Below are positions 9,727-21,078 of a DNA stretch of 64,000 nt, piece after piece. Position 1 is the stretch's first letter. The number at the start of each line of letters is the position of its first letter. Source of the stretch: Histomonas meleagridis 2922-C6/04-290x (Eukaryota; Protista; Parabasalia); NCBI GenBank assembly GCA_020184695.1, contig JAANOX010000238.1, positions 248,001 through 312,000 on the forward strand, in the 5' to 3' direction. The notes below the pieces were generated by a model, which was given only the letters and a program-made list of their open reading frames with translations, made no database searches and was not told the DNA's origin. The position numbers and the translations under genes were made by a program.

Positions 9727-12700
9727 TCAAATGAAAGGAATGATCAATGGAATCGGAGCATTTAATTTCTTTTGCAATGTCACCTGTAACGTTGCTACGT
9801 ATTGGAACGAACTTTCTGCCAATTCGAAATGAGCCTTTAAGTTTTCATCTTTTTCATTTTTCTTCACGAATTCGAATCTTTTGTTATGTCTATGGAATAT
9901 CATTTTGAGCTCTTTAAAAGCTCTTTTGATTACCGACGCGGGTATAAACATGAACGAAGAGAAAGGATAATCCGTCAACAGTCTATATAACAATCTCGAC
10001 ATTTCAGTGAGATCAGCGTAAGTGAATATGAACAAAGAAGAAGACGCGTTTAATATCTTCGGGAAATCATTTGGTTGCACTTCGACGAAAGTACAAAATC
10101 CATATTTTCTTTTATATGCAGATATGTCGTGATTATTTTCATATAAAATCGATTGATAACATAATGAACGTTGTCCATTATCAGAAGAAGGTATTAAGTT
10201 ATCACAACCACAAAGTGATTCGAACATATTATAAATTTGTTCTTCGATAAGTTTATTATTATTTTGTTGACATTTACATGAAATTGGAGAAGGAGTATTT
10301 TGGATACTACAAGTAGAATTATGTAATAAAGAACGTAATAAAAATGGTTGTCGAATAACTAATGAATCAGGTAAAAGGAATTCATAAGGAATAAATTGTA
10401 AATCAATCGATGAAACAATAATTATTGGATTAAATCCTACATTAAGTGTTTTTAGTCGTGAGTTTTTATTTTTACCAAATAAAGCACAATCATCTTTAAT
10501 AATATCATATTTATAATCATCAAATATTGTACTAAATAATGATGTTGATAATTTTGTTAATGTTGTTGTATAATTATTACTTGGAAGTTTAGTTTGTGAT
10601 TTAGAATCAATATTTAATAACGTAATAATATATTCTATAAGTTTAGGATCAAATAAATTCGAATGTGAAATAAAATGTAAATCTTTTTTATGATATGAAA
10701 TTGTTTGATTAATATTTATTGTGTTATCATAGATCGGTATCTTTTCTAAATAATTTTTAGATGGAATATATACAATTATTAAGTTAAATAACTTTTGTAC
10801 TAATACTAATCCATTTAATATTGGATGCGTTTGACTTAAGATTTCAAATGATGTCGTCGATGGTATTTGTGATGAATGTTGTAATCGAATTCGTTCTGAA
10901 TACGCTTCGATTTGTTGACATAATGAACGATTTTTATGATTCATTTCTTCATGTGTTAATTTTTCTTCTTTACATAATTTGACATTAAAATGAATCGAAC
11001 ATAATAAATCAGTGATAGTTTGTGTGTTATTATCAAGATAATCATCAAAGAAACCATTTTCTTGTAATATTGATGAAAATGAAGGAAATTTAACATTTTC
11101 TAAGTTTAATATATTTTGTGATATATTTAATGATGGATCAATAGGTGTTAAAGAATCTTGTTCAATACTTTTTAAACGATTATTAATATTATAATATAAA
11201 TCATTCATCACATCGAAAACTATTAATTTCTCATTAATATATTGTGGCATAAATTCTAATAATAATAAACACATTTTTTGTAATAAATAATATATATAAT
11301 TTAATCGCTTTAATGGTAAATCTGTTGGTATAAAATGACATCCACATACAAAATATTTAAAGAAATTTTCATATGCAAAATCATATTGTGTTTTAGCTTG
11401 ATTTTCTTTCGATTTTTTTATATACATAATAGTAGCTAATAATTCAGTATGTATAATATAAAATGGATTTAATATTGACGTTGTTAAACTTTCGACATTT
11501 TTATAAAAGATATTTTGATCTTCTTTTTGATATTCGAATTTAAAAGGAAATTGGAAATTACCATTTAATGTTGATTCTGTTAATAAAATTGGTTGTTCAT
11601 ATATTAAATCAGGATAATCTAACATTAAATCTAAGATCATTAAATCAGTATAAGCAAGTTTAGCTTGAGATTCAACTCGTGTAAAACAAATTTTTGCAGC
11701 AACAAAAGAAGAAAATGTCATATTAACAATTTCTTCCAAATTATATTTTTTATTTTTATTAATAATATTACCAATTGAATTTGTTTTAACATTTTCAAAT
11801 AAATTTATTTCATTATGACAATATTTAAGAGCTATAAATAAACTATTTGCTCTTAATAAAAAACCATTACCTAATTCATTTAATGATAATCGATTACAAT
11901 AATGTATATACATCTCAGACCAATATAATGAATAACGAAATTGTTTCCGATCTAAATAACCTCTTGATAATATCTTTAAAAATGCAATGTTAGGATTAAA
12001 ATTATTTGCTGAAGTAATTGAGAAATGTGAAGTATTTTGTACTATACTATTTTTAGCAAATTGTAAATTTGGTATTAAACTTAACATTTTATTAAAATTA
12101 TTTTGTCTTAAATAAGTCAATGCTTTACAATAATTAATGATTTTCTTCATTTGAATTTTATCTGTTTGTGAATCAATATTATCCAATAAATTAATAGAAG
12201 GTTGAAATAAATGTAATTTAGAAAATAATATTGATAACGCAATTCCACTAATTATAGTATTCACTGAATTACCATTAGGTTTAAATTCTGTTGATTCTAT
12301 TTGTCTATTTTTATTAGGACGAGGTAATCTTAATGAACCTAATGAAGTTACTTCTATTTTATCTCTTAATTTACCAGTAGTAATATTATATGTCGAAAAT
12401 AAGATATATGATAATAAAGAAGAAGCTAATGAATAACATCCATAATCAATATATATACTCGCTGCTGTTTGTCCTACATATAAAGCTTCATCAACTAAAT
12501 TGTTTTTAACATAATAACGAATAGCTTGTGTATAATGAAAGATAGCACGAACTGCATCATTATTCCTTAATGCTATTTGTGCTATTTGTGATGTATATGT
12601 ATAATTACGAATATTCATTAAAAAGAAATTATCTAATATCGATGCACAATAATAATATTTGTTCATCTTTTCAAGCATTTCACCAAAAAATAAAAATGCT

Positions 12701-14541
12701 GAACGTACGCAAGGCAATTTCTTTGCTATAGGTATATTTGCTAATAATGTATATATTGCTTCAAATATAAAATTAGTAGAAAGTTGTAAATTAATATTTT
12801 CAAAATTTATTGCTAATGCAAAAGCAATTCTAAATGATATATAAGGTGAATAATTATGTGATATATAATTCTTAAATAAATAATTAGCTCTCCATTTCCT
12901 ATCATTAATTAATCCATTAATAATATTTGTATTAATTGGTAATGATAATAATTCAAGTGATAATGGTGATCTCCCATGAATTAAAAACTCATAATCACAA
13001 ACAGATAATATAGATACAAATGAACTCGATATCTTTTTGATTAATGGTGGTTGTTTTCTTTTCTCATTAATAGTTTTAATTTCAATGTTCTCAAGTTGTT
13101 CTTGTGTAGAATGTTCACTAAAATATGTTAAAGCTCTTAATACCATATCTTTCCCATCTCTTTTTAATCCAATATGAGCTTCTCTTTCCATTGTTAATAA
13201 CTTTGTATACAAAGCGCCTCTCGTTTCTGTTGAGCTTGAATTAATATTAATAGTATGTAATGTCGGCAAATAAATCGAATAATATTGTGGTGATACCATT
13301 GAAGGTAATTGTTGCATTAACATTTGTGGCTTTTCTAAATATGATATTAAACTTATGTAATGATCTTTCGATTCTTCAAAATCACCTGAATCATCACTAT
13401 GCCCAAATGCTGGTGCATGTATAGGATTTGATTTTGCAATGTTTTCTGGCTTTTGAACTCGTGATGAATTTCGACTTATTATTTTGATCGAATCAGTACG
13501 TTCACATCGAGTTGCAATTATCCAACTTTCGAATTGCGTAGGCGACATTTGACTAGTTCCATCACTTAATAAATATGTAACTGTTTGTGGTGGCTCACTT
13601 AATGTTATTGGTTGATAACGTTGTGATGTCGGAACTGTACCTAATGGATTTGTGTCAGTATTATTACCAAGTTTAAGTGATACTCGTGATTTATTTTGTG
13701 CTATGCTTTGTAATGATGTGAAAAATTCATCGTCTGATGATGATGAAAATAAATCGCCACTACTTTCATCATCTTCTTCAGATATGTTGTTTAATAATTC
13801 AGAAACTTTCGGAAAATATGTACTAAACTTTTCTAACGCTGATTGTAAGAGGGGATGGGCTTGAAACTTTAAGATTAAATCATTACATAACATTAAGATC
13901 ATCGACTCAACGGTAAAATCGGGGAATAATATACTAATTGGTGATGGTGAAGGAGTCTTAAAAAATTCTTTTAATGACATCACAAGGTGATAAATCGATT
14001 TGGATTTGTCTGTACGATCTCCTATAAGCGCAAAATGAATTAATGAAAGTATTCGAGAATCCATCTTCATTTTGGAATATTTTAATAATTGGCCTGTTTC
14101 TTTTGTCTTGTAATAATTTATAAGTTCAATTTGTGCAAGGATAACTTGAGGAAGATCTTTGGAATGTATATTTTGAATTAATTTTTTGAATGATTTTTGG
14201 TCGGTTGTATCATTGATATATTTTTTGAGTGCATGCTCAAGGTCTGGTGGTGCAATATTTTCGGGAATAAATATAATTTCGGAAATAACTGGCTTAGTAA
14301 ATTCATATTTGTCAAGACTTGTTAAAAGTGATGTAATTTCTGGTAGAACAGTCGTAAAGGAGGTAATCGTTTCTGAAAATTGTTCTTGAGATGCGCAGCG
14401 AGTTTGAGTTGGATTAATATCAATACCTGAAATTAACAAATTATTTGATTCACTATCATCAGAAAAGTCATCCCATAAATCCGAATCTGACCCACCTTCT
14501 GCCTTTAGCCCGATTAAAACGAGATTATTTGGCCTTGACAT
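9727..14541 (-). CDS. Large hypothetical protein (1604 aa) with TPR-like helical region and a possible CHAT-like C-terminal segment
   Basis: Long ORF. TPR-like AVRAIFHYTQAIRYYVKNNLVDEALYVGQTAASIY. Motif PIIIVSSIDLQFIPYEFLLP resembles CHAT LxIVPDxxLxxLPFE. Confidence 0.6.
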   Translation of the reverse strand: MSRPNNLVLIGLKAEGGSDSDLWDDFSDDSESNNLLISGIDINPTQTRCASQEQFSETITSFTTVLPEITSLLTSLDKYEFTKPVISEIIFIPENIAPPDLEHALKKYINDTTDQKSFKKLIQNIHSKDLPQVILAQIELINYYKTKETGQLLKYSKMKMDSRILSLIHFALIGDRTDKSKSIYHLVMSLKEFFKTPSPSPISILFPDFTVESMILMLCNDLILKFQAHPLLQSALEKFSTYFPKVSELLNNISEEDDESSGDLFSSSSDDEFFTSLQSIAQNKSRVSLKLGNNTDTNPLGTVPTSQRYQPITLSEPPQTVTYLLSDGTSQMSPTQFESWIIATRCERTDSIKIISRNSSRVQKPENIAKSNPIHAPAFGHSDDSGDFEESKDHYISLISYLEKPQMLMQQLPSMVSPQYYSIYLPTLHTININSSSTETRGALYTKLLTMEREAHIGLKRDGKDMVLRALTYFSEHSTQEQLENIEIKTINEKRKQPPLIKKISSSFVSILSVCDYEFLIHGRSPLSLELLSLPINTNIINGLINDRKWRANYLFKNYISHNYSPYISFRIAFALAINFENINLQLSTNFIFEAIYTLLANIPIAKKLPCVRSAFLFFGEMLEKMNKYYYCASILDNFFLMNIRNYTYTSQIAQIALRNNDAVRAIFHYTQAIRYYVKNNLVDEALYVGQTAASIYIDYGCYSLASSLLSYILFSTYNITTGKLRDKIEVTSLGSLRLPRPNKNRQIESTEFKPNGNSVNTIISGIALSILFSKLHLFQPSINLLDNIDSQTDKIQMKKIINYCKALTYLRQNNFNKMLSLIPNLQFAKNSIVQNTSHFSITSANNFNPNIAFLKILSRGYLDRKQFRYSLYWSEMYIHYCNRLSLNELGNGFLLRANSLFIALKYCHNEINLFENVKTNSIGNIINKNKKYNLEEIVNMTFSSFVAAKICFTRVESQAKLAYTDLMILDLMLDYPDLIYEQPILLTESTLNGNFQFPFKFEYQKEDQNIFYKNVESLTTSILNPFYIIHTELLATIMYIKKSKENQAKTQYDFAYENFFKYFVCGCHFIPTDLPLKRLNYIYYLLQKMCLLLLEFMPQYINEKLIVFDVMNDLYYNINNRLKSIEQDSLTPIDPSLNISQNILNLENVKFPSFSSILQENGFFDDYLDNNTQTITDLLCSIHFNVKLCKEEKLTHEEMNHKNRSLCQQIEAYSERIRLQHSSQIPSTTSFEILSQTHPILNGLVLVQKLFNLIIVYIPSKNYLEKIPIYDNTININQTISYHKKDLHFISHSNLFDPKLIEYIITLLNIDSKSQTKLPSNNYTTTLTKLSTSLFSTIFDDYKYDIIKDDCALFGKNKNSRLKTLNVGFNPIIIVSSIDLQFIPYEFLLPDSLVIRQPFLLRSLLHNSTCSIQNTPSPISCKCQQNNNKLIEEQIYNMFESLCGCDNLIPSSDNGQRSLCYQSILYENNHDISAYKRKYGFCTFVEVQPNDFPKILNASSSLFIFTYADLTEMSRLLYRLLTDYPFSSFMFIPASVIKRAFKELKMIFHRHNKRFEFVKKNEKDENLKAHFELAESSFQYVATLQVTLQKKLNAPIPLIIPFI

Positions 14542-15379
14542 TGTTGCGTGATTATTTCTCGATTTGGGTGTTGACTTATTGAAAAACTTCTATCGATCAC
14601 GGTTATATTCGTTCGTTTTTCTTGGAAAGTGGCTTGAATTTGAATAGCATATAATCGTAAACGTATTAAACTAATATACAAATTTGTGTCATAAAAATAT
14701 CAAAATTTTATGGTCTAAAGTATTAATAATATTTTTAACAATTTTCATTAATTTCGTGGAAAGGCCCTTTATTTTTTCAACTAAACTCAAAAATCTAAAA
14801 ATATTTGAGCAATGAAAGAATTTATTTGATATGTGATATGAAAAATTGTGCTTTATTCTTTGATTGTAATAACACAAATACAGACCAAACTTATCCTTTT
14901 TTTGGTTACACATGCACAAATTAAGTTATATATTAAATTTGCAAAGGCTCAATGAAAATCTGATGATATAGAAATATAAAAAAGTAAGTCCTTTTTCTTC
15001 ATTTCATTAACGGTCGCCTAAAATGACGGTTTTAAGCCAAAATACGAACATACTCACTTAAATTTTTTTATAAGGGAAATGATCATTGAGTCGATCTTAA
15101 AATTTTCTCATTAAAAACCTTCTGCATCTGTTTTGAAAGCATTGTATAAATGAAACATATTCCAAAAAAATGGAAGATTATATCGTCATTAAGTATTTTT
15201 GTTTGTTCTCTCAGAAAAATTATGTCTTCAAAACTACACATTATTCAGAGACAAGACTCATCATCTTCTCCTCCAAAAAGTATGGCTAGAGCCATCTCAG
15301 AAAGTGCCAAAATCATGAATGCAAACATTACATTCGAAAAAAGATATATATTTTAATAAACAAACATTTGTTGACAGCA

Positions 15380-16117
15380 CTAACTCAAGAATCTTTCTAC
15401 AAGTCCTTTAAGCAGGTGCTGTGTTGATGGTTGGAGTGTCTTCAAATCAAACTCTAAATCATTATCTCTGTCTTCGTCATCTTTTTCTGCTTCCATTAGC
15501 AATTCGCCAATTTTGTTGAGTTGTGCTTCATCAGTAATTGAATTTATGTCTTTTGTCAGTTGTGCTAATTGCTCACGAGAAAGCGGTTTCACTTTGCCTT
15601 TATCTTTTTTCTGGAATTTTGGTTTAGATTTGTTGATTTGTGTTCCTGTAATGGGTCGCGGTTTTGATTTTGGCTTGGACTTTGCTTTTTGTTTCGTTCG
15701 CTTATCAATTGCAGGCATATCCCGCATTACTCCATTCATTTCTTGAAGGAGTGATTGAAGTTGATCATTCCAACCAGCAAGGACTGAATCGCTTAAATTA
15801 ACTGTAAGTTTTTGAAAGAATTCGCTTAAGTCCTTTGTGATTAAATTTAATAAAACATTTTTGGAATTGTATAATAACGAATTTGACCATACTAAATTTA
15901 CATCTGCTTTCCATTCAGCAACTGATTTGTATTGATTTTCTGTTAGTTTTTTCATGACTGTTCCAAGATCCATGGGGTTTTTAACAATTTTAAAATAATT
16001 TGGACATCCATCACGAACTGGATTTACAGGCTGTGCGAACATTTTTGATGTCTGCCGACTGAAGAGTTGATTCATTACATCAATGCACTTCTCCCATTGG
16101 GATGAAGAAAGTGACAT
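15380..16117 (-). CDS. Bromodomain + ET-domain protein (BET-like)
   Basis: FAQPVNPVRDGCPNYFKIVKNPMDLGTV...VWSNSLLYN; ET-like LSREQLAQLTKDINS...LEFDLKTLQPST. Likely ATG at 16117, inside ORF 15380..16249. Confidence 0.9.
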   Translation of the reverse strand: MSLSSSQWEKCIDVMNQLFSRQTSKMFAQPVNPVRDGCPNYFKIVKNPMDLGTVMKKLTENQYKSVAEWKADVNLVWSNSLLYNSKNVLLNLITKDLSEFFQKLTVNLSDSVLAGWNDQLQSLLQEMNGVMRDMPAIDKRTKQKAKSKPKSKPRPITGTQINKSKPKFQKKDKGKVKPLSREQLAQLTKDINSITDEAQLNKIGELLMEAEKDDEDRDNDLEFDLKTLQPSTQHLLKGLVERFLS

Positions 16118-16305
16118 TGGTGATGAGGTTGAAACGGACAAGGCCTCCCCCTTGGGGCGAAAAAGTGACTTATTCAAAACTCTTGGTTCCCGAAAAAATA
16201 TAATACAAATTTTTCTATGTGATCTATCAATACCAGAATTGAACGACAAAATTTCAATGGTGTGAAAAGAACGATAGGGCTTACGTTTTGACAGGCCATG
16301 ATCGC

Positions 16306-16310
16306 CCTTT
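16306..16310 (+). promoter_or_regulatory. M5-type core promoter element CCTTT upstream of RPL26
   Basis: cgcCCTTTtaaATG. CCTTT (M5) is known upstream of T. vaginalis ribosomal protein genes. Confidence 0.6.
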
Positions 16311-16313
16311 TAA

Positions 16314-16724
16314 ATGAAGACAAATCCATTCGTTTCATCTCAAGCACGCAAAGTTCGTAAGGCTTTCTTCAATGCCACCAAGGAAGAAAAGCACATCGCA
16401 ATGAGTGCTCCTCTTAGCAAGGATTTGCAAAAACAATATGGAATCAAGCGTCTTCCAATTCGTCGTGATGATGAAGTTGAAGTTGTTCGAGGTCAGATGA
16501 AGAAGCGTACAGGACGTGTTGTTGCAGTCAAACTTTCAACAATGCGTATCAATGTTGAGTCAGTTACCAAGCAAAAGATCAGCAATGAAACAGTTTTCAT
16601 TCCAATTCATCCATCAAATGTTGTAATCACAAAAATCAAGATGGACAAATATCGCAAGAATCTCATCGAAAAGAAACGTCAAAATCGCGAAAAGGCACTT
16701 CAAAAGCTCGGTCGCGCCAAGTAA
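16314..16724 (+). CDS. RPL26: 60S ribosomal protein L26 (uL24)
   Basis: MKTNPFVSSQARKVRKAFFNA...MSAPLSKDLQKQYGIKRLPIRRDDEVEVVRG...IHPSNVVITK. Confidence 0.97.
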   Translation: MKTNPFVSSQARKVRKAFFNATKEEKHIAMSAPLSKDLQKQYGIKRLPIRRDDEVEVVRGQMKKRTGRVVAVKLSTMRINVESVTKQKISNETVFIPIHPSNVVITKIKMDKYRKNLIEKKRQNREKALQKLGRAK

Positions 16725-16849
16725 GGTTTCATAAATAAAGCACATTTCTAAAAGTTTCGAAATATGAATTTTGAAAATTTCAATTTTCATTTTTTTTTTA
16801 GTTCACAAACAAAAAGAAATAATACCAAAAGTTAACCATAATTTTCATT

Positions 16850-18679
16850 TTATTTTTTCTTTTCTTGTTGCTGCTCTTGAGCTTTCTTCATTTCTTCCTT
16901 TGCCACTTTTCCTATCGTTGGGCAAATTTCATGTACAAAATCTTTTCCGTTTAAAATGGCTGTTGATCCGATATAGAACTCAACAGCTCCTTGGAAAAGA
17001 TGTAATCCCATTGATCTAATTATTGAGGCTTCTGTTGGAACAATTCCACCAATGACAAATATCATTACTTTCTGTGAGGTTGACTTATCAATTCCGGACT
17101 TTCTGAAGAAACTTCTCTTTTCAACAGGTGGTGTATATGGCGTATTATTCTTTGCCATTACGTTCTTTTTAGCTCTTGTCATTTCGCCAAGAACTGCACT
17201 CTGAACCAACCGGCACAAAAGTGGCACATAACCGCCATCGTAAAAAGTGCCAAAAACGTCTTTATCGTTTGGATTTGTCATTACGTGGAAAGCTTTGTTC
17301 GTTTGTTCCCATGTAGGAAGTTTTGCAGTGAATATCTTGTAAGCAGGGATCTTAGCAAGAACAAGGTTGGCACGCACAAGGTTATCTAGATCGTCTAAGA
17401 TTTGGAAACCAAATCTTTCAATCATAACACGTCTAAAGTTCGCAAGAACCTTTTCGTTAAGGCCACGCTGGTACAAGCATGATATACAATATTGACGTAC
17501 AGCTTCATCCCAATTCTTATCAAGAATCATATATTTGTCAGCAAGTGGAGGAGCAATCTCAATACCCATTTGTGCTTGGTATTCGAATTCAATGGTTGTC
17601 TTGAAGTCTGGATCAGCTGATTTCATTTTTACCAGATAATCCATAAGATCAAGATGCAACGTAAGAAGTGGTTTGAGTAGTTTAAGACGCTCAGCGTTTG
17701 CCTTCTGCGCTTTAAATTGATTGTTATCAAGTCCAGCTCTCAAAGTTTGTTTCACTTTTCCAATCGCTGATACCTCAGTACTCACTTTGTCAACAGCGTC
17801 TTTTAATTGCATTCCTCGAATCTCTTGGAATGCTCCATCATTGTCATTAAGCGTAATCGTCATCGCTTTCGGGTCTATCGTCGGGGGAAGCGCCTCCGCG
17901 TCGGGGATCTTGACGTTCTCGGGCAGCTTAAGGATGCCAGTGTCCGTGTGAAGGTTTTCATCGAGGATGCCTTCGTATGTGAATTGGGTCATAAGCGGTG
18001 TATAAAGGTCACACGTTCGATCTAGAATGATAAGATGTGTAAACGATGGTGGTTCAACAAATGCATTTGTGGATATTTGTTCTTTCATTTCTTGTAAGAT
18101 ATGGTAAACACGTTCGGACATTGGCCCAAATGTATGGACTTTCTGAAAAACTCCATTTAACATTTCTATTTTGACGAGTGCACGGGAAATTGAAGTAAGA
18201 TCATCAATGTCATGTTCAACAAAAACGCGCTTGAAACAACGAGGAACTGGTACTAAAAATTCATAGCTCTCAAGAGTGATAACATCAGCATGAAATTCGG
18301 AAACTGTAATTTCTTTTTCAATCCCTGATTCTTCAACAGCGAGTTGTGAAAGCCTACCATAGATAGGAATGATAAGAATCGTTCTTTTGAATTTTGGATA
18401 TAGCTTAAACGCTTCACATACATCTCGAACGAGTTCATGATCGTTAGGCAGAATTGACACGAGAGTTCCAGATCCATTGGAGCCCTTAGCTTCAGATATA
18501 TCAAGTACTTGTTTAAATGTACGGCTCATACGTGTTGGAGTAAGTAATTTTTTAATTCTTCCTTGGAAATTTTCTGGAATAATACAAATAGAACCTTCAG
18601 GGAATCCGAATGTAGTAAATTCTCTAATTGCTTGATCTATTATTGTTTGGAAAACAGTATCCTTCTGTGCTCCTGCCAT
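16850..18679 (-). CDS. VPS33: Sec1/Munc18-family protein, Vps33-like
   Basis: LIILDRTCDLYTPLMTQFTYEGILDE signature; DLTSISRALVKIEMLNG; C-terminal IFVIGGIVPTE. Confidence 0.8.
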   Translation of the reverse strand: MAGAQKDTVFQTIIDQAIREFTTFGFPEGSICIIPENFQGRIKKLLTPTRMSRTFKQVLDISEAKGSNGSGTLVSILPNDHELVRDVCEAFKLYPKFKRTILIIPIYGRLSQLAVEESGIEKEITVSEFHADVITLESYEFLVPVPRCFKRVFVEHDIDDLTSISRALVKIEMLNGVFQKVHTFGPMSERVYHILQEMKEQISTNAFVEPPSFTHLIILDRTCDLYTPLMTQFTYEGILDENLHTDTGILKLPENVKIPDAEALPPTIDPKAMTITLNDNDGAFQEIRGMQLKDAVDKVSTEVSAIGKVKQTLRAGLDNNQFKAQKANAERLKLLKPLLTLHLDLMDYLVKMKSADPDFKTTIEFEYQAQMGIEIAPPLADKYMILDKNWDEAVRQYCISCLYQRGLNEKVLANFRRVMIERFGFQILDDLDNLVRANLVLAKIPAYKIFTAKLPTWEQTNKAFHVMTNPNDKDVFGTFYDGGYVPLLCRLVQSAVLGEMTRAKKNVMAKNNTPYTPPVEKRSFFRKSGIDKSTSQKVMIFVIGGIVPTEASIIRSMGLHLFQGAVEFYIGSTAILNGKDFVHEICPTIGKVAKEEMKKAQEQQQEKKK

Positions 18680-18829
18680 TGTTCAATTTTGCGGAAAAGT
18701 GACGCCGTGATCGTTATAGTTCACAATTTTGAGAACAGTTCAAACGGTTTCCACACACAAAAATCGCTTTTGTTAACCATTGAAAAAGAGAAACACCGTT
18801 AACAAATGCAAATGCATTAAAAACATTTT

Positions 18830-20761
18830 TTATTTATCTATAGCAAACATTTCGTTGGGTAATTTAGCTCTATCTTCACTAGATAAGCAGCTAAAAAACG
18901 CTTGGAATATTTTTCTATTTTTTTTCACAAATTTTATTGTATTTTCTAAGTCAACAAAGCACCAATCCAATACTAAATTAAACCTAATTGGATTCCAATT
19001 TGTATCAAACTCATTAAATATTTGCACAATCAATTGTTTAATTTCAGGACCAGGCAACACTTTACTCAAAATCATTTTCACATTAATAAAAGCAATTTTA
19101 GAACCGTTTGGATAAATCTTTTGTAAAATTGCTTTAATTCCATTAAAAATCGCTTTGTTATATCTACCATTAGCTAAAACACAATTCACAATTAACCAAA
19201 AAACGGATTGAGGCAAATCTTTCCAAGTTAATGATTGCTTAAACAATTGTGCTACTTGTTTATCATCAGTTGGAAATATCACATTTATATCCGAATAAAT
19301 ATCACAAATTTTATCACATTCACAATTATATGAAAGAAAACGAATGAAAGGTGTTGAGTCGGCATCTTTTGGTATGTTTTTAAGGAATGGCAAAATGTAT
19401 TCAAGTAATTCCGGCGACAAAACTAATGTTTTCGATAATGATGAGAATATTAATGTTCCTGAATCTTCATGATTCTTTAATAACAATTCGAGAACTTTAA
19501 TGATTCGATTATAATCATCGGACATATAAAATATCATCCGCTTCATAAATGATGGACTTTTATAACATAACTCTGATAAGATTTGATCATTAGAACATTC
19601 CATAACAATGTCAAAATCTTTGTTGTCGATTAATGGGATTTCGAATTCATATAATTTCATGTTTTGGATTAAGATTGTAGTTAATTCGTTTGCAATGTTT
19701 TTCGATTCTTTCGTTTGCCATTTCATCTTTTGTAACGCCGTTGTTATGGCTGAACGCGTATCAATGTGCGGTGTAGTTTCTTCATGTTTAGGTAAAGCTA
19801 AATTAATAAACGGATTTTTCACATTTGCATAATATAAGGCTTCGCTGATAGAAAGCTTCATTTCATTATTATCGGATGCAATTCGTTCAATAAATCCAAT
19901 TAATGTTGGATATGTTTCAAGAAGTTCCAAAAATGATTCAATTGTATCATGTCGTTCTTCGGGATATTCACTAGATAATGAAAGAATATCAAGCGATAAT
20001 GAAAGACAAACTTCAAATAAATTCGTCATTTGTGTCGAATTTGGAGATTGAGAAATTATACTTTTGATGAGTTCCGTACGAACTGATGAAAAACGAGGAT
20101 CGGCAAAAACAAAACGAATACAGTCAGAAACTAAAAGATGTGAAGTGCTCGGATTGGCATTAGAAAAGATTTGTATGGTGGCTTCATCTATGGAAATGGG
20201 ATTGGTACTAGAAATGACCCTTTCGAATAACCTACGAATTGGTTCAGGGAGAATAAGATGAACAAATTCTTTCTGTGGTTTGGTAAAATAATTTTTGATA
20301 TCAAAATCAAAGGAATAATCAGAAACAATTTGTTTGTCGAGACCAAAACGAAGAAATTCCCTACCGCAACGAGAACAAATTGATTTTTGTTCGTCAGAGA
20401 GAGTTTTTAAAATTCCTCTTAAATTTGAAGATGCAATTTGAAGTAATTTATCTTCTTTACGATTACTAAAAAAATTTAACATATTGCGTGCATCTATTTC
20501 TTGAAGAAATCTTATAAATTTATATGTGATAACACTATAAATTAATTGAGAATCCGAAGATTTTCTGTAATTTGGAAGTTCTCTCCCAATTTTGAGAATG
20601 CTTTCATTAAATTCTGATGTGAGTGGCTGTGTTGATGACTTAATAATTTCTGATGAAGCTGATTCTAGAAACTCTAGAATGTTCATTCTCAAAAGTGACG
20701 ATTTTATGATTTTTAACGTTTTTTGTACAACACAGAACACCAAATAAAAGCAATAATTCAT
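18830..20761 (-). CDS. Helical-repeat protein, possibly Integrator subunit 3 / SOSS-A-like
   Basis: LLVSDCIRFV and LFKQSLTWKDLPQSVFWL resemble INTS3 segments (CDLIRYI; QSLDWETFEQYCAWQL) from memory. Likely ATG at MNILEFLE. Confidence 0.4.
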   Translation of the reverse strand: MNYCFYLVFCVVQKTLKIIKSSLLRMNILEFLESASSEIIKSSTQPLTSEFNESILKIGRELPNYRKSSDSQLIYSVITYKFIRFLQEIDARNMLNFFSNRKEDKLLQIASSNLRGILKTLSDEQKSICSRCGREFLRFGLDKQIVSDYSFDFDIKNYFTKPQKEFVHLILPEPIRRLFERVISSTNPISIDEATIQIFSNANPSTSHLLVSDCIRFVFADPRFSSVRTELIKSIISQSPNSTQMTNLFEVCLSLSLDILSLSSEYPEERHDTIESFLELLETYPTLIGFIERIASDNNEMKLSISEALYYANVKNPFINLALPKHEETTPHIDTRSAITTALQKMKWQTKESKNIANELTTILIQNMKLYEFEIPLIDNKDFDIVMECSNDQILSELCYKSPSFMKRMIFYMSDDYNRIIKVLELLLKNHEDSGTLIFSSLSKTLVLSPELLEYILPFLKNIPKDADSTPFIRFLSYNCECDKICDIYSDINVIFPTDDKQVAQLFKQSLTWKDLPQSVFWLIVNCVLANGRYNKAIFNGIKAILQKIYPNGSKIAFINVKMILSKVLPGPEIKQLIVQIFNEFDTNWNPIRFNLVLDWCFVDLENTIKFVKKNRKIFQAFFSCLSSEDRAKLPNEMFAIDK

Positions 20762-21078
20762 GTTTACATTTGTGAAAAATGCTACAACACATAAAACAAT
20801 TTCTATGTTACTGTATATTTAAAACAATATTTGAAAATTATTCAAGTTATTTGAAATAGAAATTATGTAAGCAAGTATAAAAAAAAAAAATAAAAGATTA
20901 ATTATATTAAATAAATATTTTAAATGTAACAATAGATCGACTAATCGATATAAATCCCTACTATTATTTATAAAAAACAAAACAATGACAAATTAACTTG
21001 TGCGATTTTTGTTTGTGAAGATTTTCTTCATTTTAATCTAATAAATTCAAAATAATGAGATAAAAACATTTTATTAAT

